DNA of 64,000 bases from NCBI GenBank assembly GCA_026387435.1, contig JAPLLS010000093.1, positions 1,059 through 65,058 of the forward strand, given 5' to 3'. The notes beneath the pieces were generated by a model that saw only the letters and a program-made list of their open reading frames with translations, was not told the DNA's origin and ran no database searches. This DNA is from Candidatus Omnitrophota bacterium. GTDB taxonomy: Bacteria > Omnitrophota > Gorgyraeia > Gygaellales > Profunditerraquicolaceae. Position numbers and translations under genes: made by a program. Shown piece by piece: positions 9,267 to 18,443 of the stretch; within the stretch, counting starts at the first letter, position 1, and every line of letters starts with the position of its first letter.

Positions 9267-10268
9267 GTGAAAAAAATGATGAAAATCGGACTGACTTACG
9301 ATTTAAAAACTGATTACTCGCCTAAAAAAGACGATCCGCCGGATGCTAACGCCGAATTCGACCATCCGGACACGATCAAGTACATTGCCGATGCTTTTGA
9401 GTCCCAGGGTTTTTCGGTGAAAAAAATCGGCAATGTGTCCAGCCTTTTGGAAAACCTCGACAAATTAAACGTAGATATAGTTTTTAATATATCTGAAGGG
9501 CTTATCGGCAGAAACCGGGAATCCCAGGTGCCCATACTTCTGGAGATGGCCGGTGTGCCTTTTGTGGGCGCTGACGCTTTAAGCCTGGGGATATCGTTGG
9601 ACAAGATCATGGCCAAGAAGATCTTTATGGCCGAAGGGATACCTACTCCAAGGTTCGTGGAGGTTAAGTCTGTCGACGGCCTGGATCATCTCGATCATCT
9701 GAAATTCCCTCTTTTTGTCAAGCCTCGCTTTGAAGGATCTTCCAAGGGGTTGACCGAGACTTCCCGGGTAGAGAACAAAGCTGAGCTTAAGACCCAGGTC
9801 GAGCATATACTTTCTGTTTACAAGCAGCCGGCATTGATCGAGGAGTTTATCCGCGGCGAAGAGTTCACTGTAGCTGTCATCGGAAATGACCCGCCGGAAG
9901 CTTTGCCGATCGTACAGATAAAGATAGACGGAGAGCTTAACCTTAAAGACAAGTTTTATACATTCGGCCATATCAAGGACGACAAACTGGAATACGTTTG
10001 TCCGGCACCGATAAGCGAAAGCCTCAGGAAAAAACTTATTGACTTGGCTCTGAAGACTTTTAAAGCCATCGAATGCCAGGATTTCGGCAGGGTGGATTTC
10101 CGGGTCGATGAAAAAGGCAGCCCCTATGTTTTGGAGATTAATCCTCTGCCGTCTTTGTCAACGGAAGACGTCTACAGCGTGATCTCTAAGGTGCTGGGGA
10201 TTACTTACGAGAAGATGCTCGGCAAGATCCTTAACGCCGCGCTCAAGAGGAACAATTTAATAAAATGA
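9267..10268 (+). CDS. D-Ala-D-Ala ligase-like ATP-grasp protein 1
   Basis: VFNISEG, RESQVP, LDK, VKPRFEGSSKG, EEFIRG, GRVDFR, LEINPLP. Confidence 0.85.
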   Translation: MKKMMKIGLTYDLKTDYSPKKDDPPDANAEFDHPDTIKYIADAFESQGFSVKKIGNVSSLLENLDKLNVDIVFNISEGLIGRNRESQVPILLEMAGVPFVGADALSLGISLDKIMAKKIFMAEGIPTPRFVEVKSVDGLDHLDHLKFPLFVKPRFEGSSKGLTETSRVENKAELKTQVEHILSVYKQPALIEEFIRGEEFTVAVIGNDPPEALPIVQIKIDGELNLKDKFYTFGHIKDDKLEYVCPAPISESLRKKLIDLALKTFKAIECQDFGRVDFRVDEKGSPYVLEINPLPSLSTEDVYSVISKVLGITYEKMLGKILNAALKRNNLIK

Positions 10269-11272
10269 AAGTAGCCCTGGCGTACAATTTAAAGAAAGAA
10301 GATAATACTAAGCCCGAGGATTATGCTTCGGAATTCGACTCGGAAGAAACCATCGGTGCTATAGCCGGCGCTTTGCGTTCCCGCGGCCATAATGTCGAGT
10401 ATGTAGAGGCCAGCCAGCCGAATCTTTTGGAAGCTTTTAAGAAAAGCCGCGCGGATATGGTTTTTAATATCGCCGAAGGCGAAAAGGGAAAGTACCGCGA
10501 ATCGGAAATCCCGGCGATCCTTGATTTCCTGGGCATTCCTTATACCGGCTCGGGGACGTTATCGCTGGCGGTAGCTTTGAACAAGGCCTTGACCAAGAAG
10601 ATTTTGAAAGCCGATAACATTCCCACCCCGGCTTTTCAGCTTTTTACGACCGGAAAAGAAGTATTGGATCCCCAATTAAAATTTCCTCTGATCATTAAAC
10701 CGAATTTTGAAGGCTCGGCCAAGGGGATCAACCGTTCCAATGTAGTGGAAAACCAGAAAGATCTTTACCTTAAGGCCAGGGAGCTTATTGATGTATATCA
10801 GCAGGAGGCTCTAGTTGAGGAGTTTATCGAAGGCAAAGAGCTTACCGTCGGGATCTTGGAAAACGGGACTTGCAACGTACTGCCGATTTTAGAGATTGAT
10901 TTTGAATCTGCCAAGAAGTCCGGGGAATTTTTCTATTCCTGGAGGATGAAAGAGTTCCAGGGGGACGATGTGCAGGGGCTGACTCCGACATTTCATTGTC
11001 CGGCCCGCCTGGATAGCCAGACGGAGAAGCTGGTCAAGGATACCGCCGTAAAAACTCACCGGGCGGTCGGCTGTTACGGTATTTCGCGCACCGACATCCG
11101 GTTAAGTAAAAACAATATCCCTTATGTTCTGGAGATCAATCCTTTGCCCGGGCTTAATCCCAAGGAATCTAATTTCCCGATCATGGCTTATGCTGCGGGG
11201 ATGAAATATGATGATATAATCGAGGCGATCCTTACCAGCGCCTATCAAAAAAGAAAGGCGGAAAATGGCTAA
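10265..11272 (+). CDS. D-Ala-D-Ala ligase-like ATP-grasp protein 2
   Basis: Paralog of the previous gene: VFNIAEG, IKPNFEGSAKG, SRTDIR, LEINPLPG. Confidence 0.85.
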   Translation: MKVALAYNLKKEDNTKPEDYASEFDSEETIGAIAGALRSRGHNVEYVEASQPNLLEAFKKSRADMVFNIAEGEKGKYRESEIPAILDFLGIPYTGSGTLSLAVALNKALTKKILKADNIPTPAFQLFTTGKEVLDPQLKFPLIIKPNFEGSAKGINRSNVVENQKDLYLKARELIDVYQQEALVEEFIEGKELTVGILENGTCNVLPILEIDFESAKKSGEFFYSWRMKEFQGDDVQGLTPTFHCPARLDSQTEKLVKDTAVKTHRAVGCYGISRTDIRLSKNNIPYVLEINPLPGLNPKESNFPIMAYAAGMKYDDIIEAILTSAYQKRKAENG

Positions 11273-12449
11273 TACGGCGGTAACCGAAAATCAAAAGTTA
11301 CTCTCCGAAGCTGTTATTGCGCCGCGGCCGGCTAGAAAGTCCCGCGATTACCAGCAGATCAGTCTTTATAAAGAAGTTAACCCGCTGGACTGGGAAGACT
11401 GGCGCTGGCAGATGAGAAATCGGATCACTAAGCTCGATCAGATATCTCAAGTTGTTAATTTGACCAAGGAAGAAGAAGAGGGTATTAAAAACGCCAAGGG
11501 GCATATGGCCATGGCCGTCACCCCTTACTGGGCGACTTTACTGGATCCGGAAGACCCCGCCTGTCCGATCCGGCGGCAATGTATTCCTACGCAAAACGAA
11601 TCCAATATCAGCCCCTATGAGATGGCTGACCCTTGCGGGGAGGACAGCGATTCTCCGGCGCCGCATTTGGTGCACAGGTATCCCGACCGGGTTTTGCTTT
11701 TGGCTACCGAGTCCTGCGCTATGTATTGCCGCCATTGCACCAGAAGGCGGCTGGTCGGCCACGCGGAAAAAGTGGATAATTCCCCGGACCGCTGTGATGC
11801 GGCCATTGATTACATCCGCTCTAACAAAAAGATCCGTGATGTTCTTATTTCCGGCGGTGACCCGCTTACGCTGGAAGACGAAGTGCTGGAAGATCTGTTG
11901 AAGAAATTACGCACTATCCCTCATTTGGAATTCCTGCGTTTAGGCACCAGGGTGCCGGTGACCCTTCCTCAGCGGATCACCGAAAGCCTGGTTTCCATGC
12001 TTAAAAAATACTCCCCGCTTTGGATGAGCATCCATTTCAACCATCCCAAGGAGATAACCCGGCGCACCAAGATTGCCTGCGAAATGCTCGCCGACTCCGG
12101 GATTCCGCTGGGCAGCCAGACCGTACTCTTGAAAGGCATTAATGACCGGCCCAGCACCATGCGCAGGCTCATGCATGACCTTTTGAAGATCAGGGTCAGG
12201 CCTTATTACATTTACCAATGCGACTTAGTCCGGGGAACGCAGCATTTCCGCACTCCGGTCGAAGCCGGAATAAATATAATCGAAAAATTGCGCGGCCATA
12301 CCACCGGCTACGGGGTGCCGACCTATGTCATTGACGCTCCCGGCGGAGGCGGCAAGATCCCGATTAATCCTAATTACGTAGTTTCCCAGGGCAAAGGCAA
12401 ATACGTTTTGCGCAACTACGAAGGAAAGGTTTACACTTACCTGGAGTAA
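11265..12449 (+). CDS. KamA family radical SAM aminomutase (lysine/glutamate 2,3-aminomutase-like)
   Basis: LVHRYPDRVL, CAMYCRHC, SGGDPL, FNHPKE, PYYIYQCD, DAPGGGGK (PLP lysine). Confidence 0.9.
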   Translation: MANTAVTENQKLLSEAVIAPRPARKSRDYQQISLYKEVNPLDWEDWRWQMRNRITKLDQISQVVNLTKEEEEGIKNAKGHMAMAVTPYWATLLDPEDPACPIRRQCIPTQNESNISPYEMADPCGEDSDSPAPHLVHRYPDRVLLLATESCAMYCRHCTRRRLVGHAEKVDNSPDRCDAAIDYIRSNKKIRDVLISGGDPLTLEDEVLEDLLKKLRTIPHLEFLRLGTRVPVTLPQRITESLVSMLKKYSPLWMSIHFNHPKEITRRTKIACEMLADSGIPLGSQTVLLKGINDRPSTMRRLMHDLLKIRVRPYYIYQCDLVRGTQHFRTPVEAGINIIEKLRGHTTGYGVPTYVIDAPGGGGKIPINPNYVVSQGKGKYVLRNYEGKVYTYLE

Positions 12450-12459
12450 GGATTTTCCC

Positions 12460-12488
12460 TTGACCGTCCTAAAATTTCCCCCTATAAT
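12460..12488 (+). promoter_or_regulatory. sigma70-type promoter of EF-G2 gene
   Basis: TTGACC-17bp-TATAAT. Confidence 0.65.
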
Positions 12489-12640
12489 AACTTTATCGGC
12501 TTTCCCAATCCCTTTTAATCCGGATTGAGTTTAGTTCCGAGCTTAAAACACCTCTAAAATCTATTGTTAGGATATTTGGCTTAATTCCTTAACCCGCCTT
12601 TGGGTTTTTAATACTTTCTTAAAGATAAAGGAGTATAAAA

Positions 12641-14575
12641 ATGGATGCCAAAAACAAAAGAAGTGTTATTTTATTAGGCCATGCTCAATCGGGAAAAACC
12701 ACTCTTGCGGAAAGTATCCTCTTTCGCTGCAAAGCTATTTCGCGCAAAGGCTCGACAGCCGAAGGCAACACCACCAGCGACTACAACTGGGACGAAATAG
12801 AGCGAAAATCTTCTATTAACGCCGGGTTTATGTTTTGCGATTATCAGGATATCCGTATCCAGCTGGTGGATACCCCGGGTTTCGCTGATTTTTACGCGGA
12901 GGTTCTTTCCGGGGTGCGTGCGGTGGATAACGCGATCGTGGTTATCGACGGATCAAGCGGAGTGGAAGTGGGGACGGAGAAAGTCTGGGAGCTGTTGGAG
13001 GAAGCCGGGATCCCCAGGATAGTTTTTGTCAATAAAATAGATAAAGAAGGCGTAGACAAAGATAAGATAGTCGAGGACATCCGGAAATCGCTTTCTCCTC
13101 ACGCGGTAGTTTTGAATTCCAGCGCCCTGGAAGAATTGATGGAGCCTGTCGCTGAAAGCGACGACATGCTTCTGGAAAAATATCTAGCCGCGGGCAAGCT
13201 TACTTTGGAAGAAATCAACAGCGGCCTGCATAAAGCGGTTGCCAGCGCCAAGGTATTCCCCGTTCTTTTCGGCTCGGCGCTTACGGACAGCGGTCTTGAT
13301 GAGTTCTTGAAGGCGATCAAGGACGATCTGGTTTCTCCGGATGAACGGCCGAACATGCAGGTTAAAGACGGCGAAGTAAAATCTCAGGAAGCGGCGCCTT
13401 TTTCGGGGTTTGTATTTAAAAGTATATTTGACCCTTATGTCGGGCAGTTGAGTTTGGTGCGGGTATTTTCCGGCAAGCTTGCCGGCAATACGACTTTTTA
13501 CAACGTTAATCAGAAGAACGTGGAGCGTTTCGGCCAGCTGTATTTTCTCCAGGGAAAAGAACAGCGATTGGTGGAAGCGGCTACTTGCGGGGATATCGTA
13601 GCTATTCCTAAATTAAAATTTACTCATACCTCGGATACTTTGGCGGAGGCGGCTCACCCGGTGGTTTTTAATCCCATAGAATTCCCCGAGGGGATGATGT
13701 CGGCTTCGGTAAAACCCCGCACCCGTCAGGACGAAGAAAAAATTTCCCAGGCTTTGGCTAAATTGGTAGCCGAGGATCCTACGTTCAGGGAGAAAGTCGA
13801 CCCGCAGACCAAAGAAATGATCGTTTCCGGGCTGGGGGATCTGCATTTGCACGTGATGATCAACCGGCTCAAGAAACGTTTTAATGTGGAAGTTGAACTC
13901 GGCAAGCCCAAAGTACCTTACAAAGAAACTATTACCCGCTCAACTAAGATCCAGGGTAAATTCAAGCGCCAGTCGGGAGGCAGGGGCCAGTACGGTGACG
14001 TCTGGATTGAGGTGCACCCTCTGGAGCACGGGAAAGGTTTTGATTTCGTGGATAAGGTCGTCGGAGGAGCGATCCCGCGTAACTTCATTCCTTCGGCGGA
14101 AAAAGGCATAGTCAAAGCTATGTCGGAAGGGGTAATTGCCGGCTATCCTGTCGTAGATATGCAGGTAATCCTTTTTGACGGCTCTTACCACGATGTTGAT
14201 TCTTCGGATATGGCTTTTCAGATCGCCGGGTCCATGGCTTTGAAAAAAGCGGTTTCTGCCGCCGGCCCGGTATTGTTGGAACCGGTCATGGAAATAGAAG
14301 TTTTCATTCCCGAAGAGTACCTGGGGGCGGTTTCCGGAGATTTGAATTCCCGCAGGGGGCGCACTCTGGGAATGGAAGCAAAAGGAAGAACGCAGGCTTT
14401 AAGGGCCAGCGTTCCTTTATCGGAAATGTTTACCTACGCCAGCGACTTGCGCTCGTTGACGCAGGGAAAAGGAAGCTTCACCATGAAATTTTCCCATTAT
14501 GAGCAAGTTCCGGGTAAGATGGCGCAACCGGTTATAGCGCATTATCAGGAGCATCATAAAGCGGAAGAAGAGTAA
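12641..14575 (+). CDS. fusA: Elongation factor G paralog (EF-G2 type)
   Basis: GHAQSGKTT, DTPG, NKID, GLGDLHL, QSGGRGQYG, SYHDVDSS, LLEPVM; divergent G2 (ERKSSI) and shortened G' region. Confidence 0.9.
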   Translation: MDAKNKRSVILLGHAQSGKTTLAESILFRCKAISRKGSTAEGNTTSDYNWDEIERKSSINAGFMFCDYQDIRIQLVDTPGFADFYAEVLSGVRAVDNAIVVIDGSSGVEVGTEKVWELLEEAGIPRIVFVNKIDKEGVDKDKIVEDIRKSLSPHAVVLNSSALEELMEPVAESDDMLLEKYLAAGKLTLEEINSGLHKAVASAKVFPVLFGSALTDSGLDEFLKAIKDDLVSPDERPNMQVKDGEVKSQEAAPFSGFVFKSIFDPYVGQLSLVRVFSGKLAGNTTFYNVNQKNVERFGQLYFLQGKEQRLVEAATCGDIVAIPKLKFTHTSDTLAEAAHPVVFNPIEFPEGMMSASVKPRTRQDEEKISQALAKLVAEDPTFREKVDPQTKEMIVSGLGDLHLHVMINRLKKRFNVEVELGKPKVPYKETITRSTKIQGKFKRQSGGRGQYGDVWIEVHPLEHGKGFDFVDKVVGGAIPRNFIPSAEKGIVKAMSEGVIAGYPVVDMQVILFDGSYHDVDSSDMAFQIAGSMALKKAVSAAGPVLLEPVMEIEVFIPEEYLGAVSGDLNSRRGRTLGMEAKGRTQALRASVPLSEMFTYASDLRSLTQGKGSFTMKFSHYEQVPGKMAQPVIAHYQEHHKAEEE

Positions 14576-14590
14576 AAAGTCACAAGTGCT

Positions 14591-14687
14591 CCCTCGGCAA
14601 GCTTTCGCGGATTTTGTTAAAATCCGCTCAGCCTCGGGATAAATTCGGCCCAATAACTTATGTCGCACTTCGTGCTCCATAAGTTAT
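14591..14687. repeat. Nested REP-like palindromes with TC/TC internal loops
   Basis: CCC-TC-GGC...GCC-TC-GGG enclosing GCT-T-TC-GCGGATTTT-GTT-AAAATCCGC-TC-AGC; then ATAACTTATG-TC-GCAC-TTC-GTGC-TC-CATAAGTTAT. Confidence 0.7.
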
Positions 14688-14714
14688 GGCCTCATTTAAA
14701 GGAGATGTGGATAA

Positions 14715-15419
14715 ATGAAAATAGGAATTTTAGGGACAGATATTTTTACTCCGGGTAAGGCTAATCTGGTAGATGAGCGAGTCAAGACTCTCAAGGCCAT
14801 GTTTAATTCCGCTAAAGAGGTTTATATCCAGGCGGATATAATCACTGACCAGGAAAAACTGGTCGAAGCCGACGGGATAATCGCCCCGGAAAACGCGAAG
14901 CTGGATTTGATCGTCCACGACATGGAGTTTGTGGAAACCAGGCTTAGCCGTGTCGAAGATCCTGCCGAGAAAACGCTTTTGACTAAATTCAAGGACCAGC
15001 TGGATAAAGAAAAGCTGCTTTGCGAACAGGTAATAAGCGAAACGGAAAAAGGCCTTATTTCCGGATATTCGCTCTGGAGCATACGGCCGGTTTATCTGAC
15101 CAAGCCCGGGGAATTGGAAGACAAGAATAAACTGCTTCTTAATGGCTATGCCCATTTCGGCTACATCAGCTTTTTCACCGCCGGGGATAAAGATTCCCAC
15201 GCTTGGAGCATAAAAAAAGGAGTTAGCGCCTGGGAAGCTGCCGGGGCGATCCACTCGGATATCCAAAATGGTTTTATCCGGGCAGAGGTGACCAGCTTTC
15301 AGGATTTGATCGCCGACGGAAGTTTGTCCAAGGCCCGGGCTAACAACCATATCCGCCTGGAGATGAAAGAGTATGTGGTCCAGGATGGGGATTATATGGT
15401 TATCCGCACCAATAAATAA
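14715..15419 (+). CDS. Truncated YchF-like protein (DUF933/TGS C-terminal domain, degenerate G domain)
   Basis: SFFTAG, AWSIKKG, AAGAIHSDI, GFIRAEV, KEYVVQDGD match the YchF C-terminus; no intact G1/G3/G4 motifs; 234 aa. Confidence 0.8.
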   Translation: MKIGILGTDIFTPGKANLVDERVKTLKAMFNSAKEVYIQADIITDQEKLVEADGIIAPENAKLDLIVHDMEFVETRLSRVEDPAEKTLLTKFKDQLDKEKLLCEQVISETEKGLISGYSLWSIRPVYLTKPGELEDKNKLLLNGYAHFGYISFFTAGDKDSHAWSIKKGVSAWEAAGAIHSDIQNGFIRAEVTSFQDLIADGSLSKARANNHIRLEMKEYVVQDGDYMVIRTNK

Positions 15420-15450
15420 GTCACAAGGTTACAAAGTCACACGTCACAAG
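15420..15450. repeat. Short GTCACA(A) tandem repeats
   Basis: GTCACAAG GTTACAAA GTCACAC GTCACAAG; a single copy also at 14579. Confidence 0.5.
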
Positions 15451-15481
15451 TAAAAACAAACAAAAATCCTAGGAGACAGCG

Positions 15482-17029
15482 ATGATAAAGATCAAAAGGG
15501 CTTTAGTGAGTGTTTCCGACAAAACCGGTATCGTTGAATTTTGCGCGGCTTTAAGAAAATTCGGCGTGGAGATTCTTTCCACCGGAGGGACGGCCAGGGT
15601 GCTTTCGGAAAACAATATCCCGGTAATTGAGGTTTCCGATTACACCGGTTTCCCGGAGATGCTCGACGGACGGGTAAAGACATTGCATCCTAAGATTCAC
15701 GGTGGGCTTTTGGCTTTACGCGAGAACCCGTCGCATATGAAGACCCTTAAGGAGCACAACATCGGACTTATAGACATGGTGGTGGTCAATCTCTATCCGT
15801 TCGAAAAAACTGTGGCCAAGCCTGATGTCACCCGGGAGCAGGCCATCGAGAACATCGATATCGGCGGCCCGTCAATGCTGCGCTCCGCGGCCAAAAATCA
15901 TCAGTCGGTGGCGGTAGTTTCGAACGCGGGCCAGTATCAGTCGATAATCAAAGAGCTGGAGATCAATAAGGGCTCGATCAGCGAAGAAACCTGCCGGGAA
16001 TTAGCCTGTGCGGTATTTAAAACCACCTCGGCTTACGATGGAGCAATCTTTAATTATTTAAGCAAAAATCAGTCTTCGGGAAAATTCCCGCAGTCGTTGA
16101 ACCTGCAATTCTCCAAGGTCCAGGAATTGCGTTACGGCGAGAATCCTCACCAGAAAGCCGCTTTTTATTCCGAAGGCCAAGAGCTTAAGGGATTGAGCGC
16201 GCTGAAGCAATTATGGGGCAAAGAGCTTTCTTTCAACAATATCCTGGATTTGAATGCCGCAGTTAATTTGATCAGGGAATTCGAGGATCCGGCGGCGGTT
16301 TTCCTTAAACACAATAATCCCTGCGGAGCGGCCGAGAATAAGGATTTGCTTAAAGCTTATAAACAAGCCTGGGATTGCGACAAGCTTTCGGCTTTCGGCG
16401 GGATCATCGCCGTAAACAGGCCGATCGAACTGGCTTTGGCCAAATTGATCGCCAAAAGCGGGTTTCTGGAGTGCATCATCTGCCCGAAGTTTGCTCAGCC
16501 GGCCCTTGAACTGTTAAAAGCCAAGAAGAACCTGCGGCTTCTGGAATTACCGGGCCTCTCTAGTAAAACCGAGGCTTGGGATTTTAAACGGGTAAACGGC
16601 GGGCTTCTGGTCCAGGACGAGGATGTCCTTACTCTTGACCAGAAAACTTTAAAAGTAGTAACCAAAAAAAAGCCGGCCAAGGCGGATATGGAATCTTTGA
16701 TCTTTGCCTGGAAAGTATCCAAGCACGTAAAATCCAATGCCATAATCCTGGCCAAGGGAACTAAGACCGTTGGGATCGGCGCCGGCCAAATGTCGAGGGT
16801 CGACTCGGTGTTCATCACTAAAAGAAAAGCCGGTAAACTTACGAAAAATTCCTGCTTGGCTTCGGACGCGTTCTTCCCTAAAGATGATGCTGTCCTGGAA
16901 GCGGCCAAGATGGGGGTCAAAGCTATAATTCAACCGGGCGGCTCAATTGCCGACGAAGAAATCATCAAGACCTGCGATAAGCATTCAATCTCCATGGTCT
17001 TCACCGGCATTAGGCATTTCCGCCATTGA
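15482..17029 (+). CDS. purH: Bifunctional AICAR transformylase/IMP cyclohydrolase
   Basis: RALVSVSDKTG, GRVKTLHP, ENIDIGGP, LRYGENPHQ, ASDAFFP, RHFRH. Confidence 0.97.
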   Translation: MIKIKRALVSVSDKTGIVEFCAALRKFGVEILSTGGTARVLSENNIPVIEVSDYTGFPEMLDGRVKTLHPKIHGGLLALRENPSHMKTLKEHNIGLIDMVVVNLYPFEKTVAKPDVTREQAIENIDIGGPSMLRSAAKNHQSVAVVSNAGQYQSIIKELEINKGSISEETCRELACAVFKTTSAYDGAIFNYLSKNQSSGKFPQSLNLQFSKVQELRYGENPHQKAAFYSEGQELKGLSALKQLWGKELSFNNILDLNAAVNLIREFEDPAAVFLKHNNPCGAAENKDLLKAYKQAWDCDKLSAFGGIIAVNRPIELALAKLIAKSGFLECIICPKFAQPALELLKAKKNLRLLELPGLSSKTEAWDFKRVNGGLLVQDEDVLTLDQKTLKVVTKKKPAKADMESLIFAWKVSKHVKSNAIILAKGTKTVGIGAGQMSRVDSVFITKRKAGKLTKNSCLASDAFFPKDDAVLEAAKMGVKAIIQPGGSIADEEIIKTCDKHSISMVFTGIRHFRH

Positions 17030-17047
17030 AATAGGAAATAACTGACC

Positions 17048-18433
17048 ATGTCCTACCTGGAAGTTATAAAATATCTGGACTCTTTCGTTAATTACGAGAA
17101 AAAACCGGACGAGCTTTATCTTGAATCGCTTAAACTTGAGCGGGTGGAAGGTTTCTTAAGGGTTATCGGCCATCCTCAGCAAAGTTTTAAAAGCGTGCAC
17201 GTTGCCGGAACCAAGGGCAAGGGCTCGGTATGCGCTTTTACCGCCTATATCCTGCGCGAGGCCGGATATAAAGTCGGGTTGTTTACTTCTCCGCACCTGA
17301 CTGATGTCAGAGAGAGGATCAGGGTCTTGCGGCCGCAAGATCCCAACAGCAAGCCTGTTGTCGAGGATTTTGAAGGCATGATCCCCAAAAAAGATTTTAC
17401 GGACCTGGTTACCCGGCTCAGGCCCAGGATCGATAAGTACTGCGAAATTTCCCAGTATGGTCCGCTGACGTTTTTTGAGATCTACACTATCCTGGCTTTC
17501 GAGTATTTTAAGGAGCAGAAAGTTGATTTCGCGGTGTTGGAAACCGGTATGGGCGGAAGATTGGACGCTACCAATGTAGTTAAGCCGGTCATTTGCGGGA
17601 TCACTTCGATCAGCTATGACCATACCAATAAATTAGGCAATACCCTCGCGGAGATCGCAACCGAGAAAGCCGGGATCATTAAAGGCGAGGCTGTGACGGT
17701 GATCAGCGCTCCGCAGGAAGAAGAGGTGATCAAGGTTTTAAGGAAGAAATGCGAGGAGTCTGGAGCTGTTCTTTATGAGATAAATAAGGATATAAAATTC
17801 GAACTGATAAGTTTAAACATAGACCATCAAGAATTCAATATCCGAGGCAGCCTGGGCAGGTTTAATAACCTCAAGATTAAATTGCTCGGCTCGCATCAGC
17901 TGTTTAATGCTACCCTGGCCGTAAGCCTGGTTGCGGGTATTTTTATGAACAGCCGCGAGCATTTTAAAGGCGGCGTTTTTAAAAAAGGGCTGCAGAATAC
18001 CTGCTGGCCGGCCAGATTTGAGATAGTCAGCCACGACCCATTGATAATACTCGACGGAGCGCATAATGTCGCCTCGGCCAGGGTATTAAAGGAAACGCTA
18101 AAGCGTACTTTCCCGGATAAGAAAGTGACCCTGGTCCTGGGTATTAGCCGGGACAAAGATGTTTTGGGGATCACCCGGGAGCTTTTTCCGCTGGCCCAAA
18201 GACTGATCTTGACTTGTGCCGATAATTCCCGTGCGGCCAGGCCTGCGGATATCCTTTCAACGGGAAAAGAGTTTTTAACGGACCAGAAAGCTGAAATCAC
18301 TAGGAGTGTCTTGGAAGCTTTAAAAATCGTGCGCAGCAACCCCGGCCGGGATATCCTTGTTCTGGTCGCCGGGTCTTTATTTGTCGTCGGCGAGGCCAGG
18401 GGGATCGTTAAGAACCTGCCTGCTGCCGGTTAG
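17048..18433 (+). CDS. folC: Folylpolyglutamate synthase/dihydrofolate synthase
   Basis: HVAGTKGKGS, FTSPHL, ETGMGGRLDATN, DGAHN, AGSLFVVG. Confidence 0.95.
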   Translation: MSYLEVIKYLDSFVNYEKKPDELYLESLKLERVEGFLRVIGHPQQSFKSVHVAGTKGKGSVCAFTAYILREAGYKVGLFTSPHLTDVRERIRVLRPQDPNSKPVVEDFEGMIPKKDFTDLVTRLRPRIDKYCEISQYGPLTFFEIYTILAFEYFKEQKVDFAVLETGMGGRLDATNVVKPVICGITSISYDHTNKLGNTLAEIATEKAGIIKGEAVTVISAPQEEEVIKVLRKKCEESGAVLYEINKDIKFELISLNIDHQEFNIRGSLGRFNNLKIKLLGSHQLFNATLAVSLVAGIFMNSREHFKGGVFKKGLQNTCWPARFEIVSHDPLIILDGAHNVASARVLKETLKRTFPDKKVTLVLGISRDKDVLGITRELFPLAQRLILTCADNSRAARPADILSTGKEFLTDQKAEITRSVLEALKIVRSNPGRDILVLVAGSLFVVGEARGIVKNLPAAG

Positions 18434-18443
18434 AGGCTCGATT

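Noticed and set aside
11265-12449. EpmB (EF-P modification) or canonical kamA call
   Set aside because: No epmA, efp or lysine-fermentation neighbours; substrate cannot be fixed from sequence, so no symbol is given
12489-12640. Riboswitch or structured leader before EF-G2
   Set aside because: Only weak short hairpins; no known aptamer consensus recognised
18357-18443. N-terminal extension of MnmE
   Set aside because: Overlaps folC; the family start matches ATG 18444
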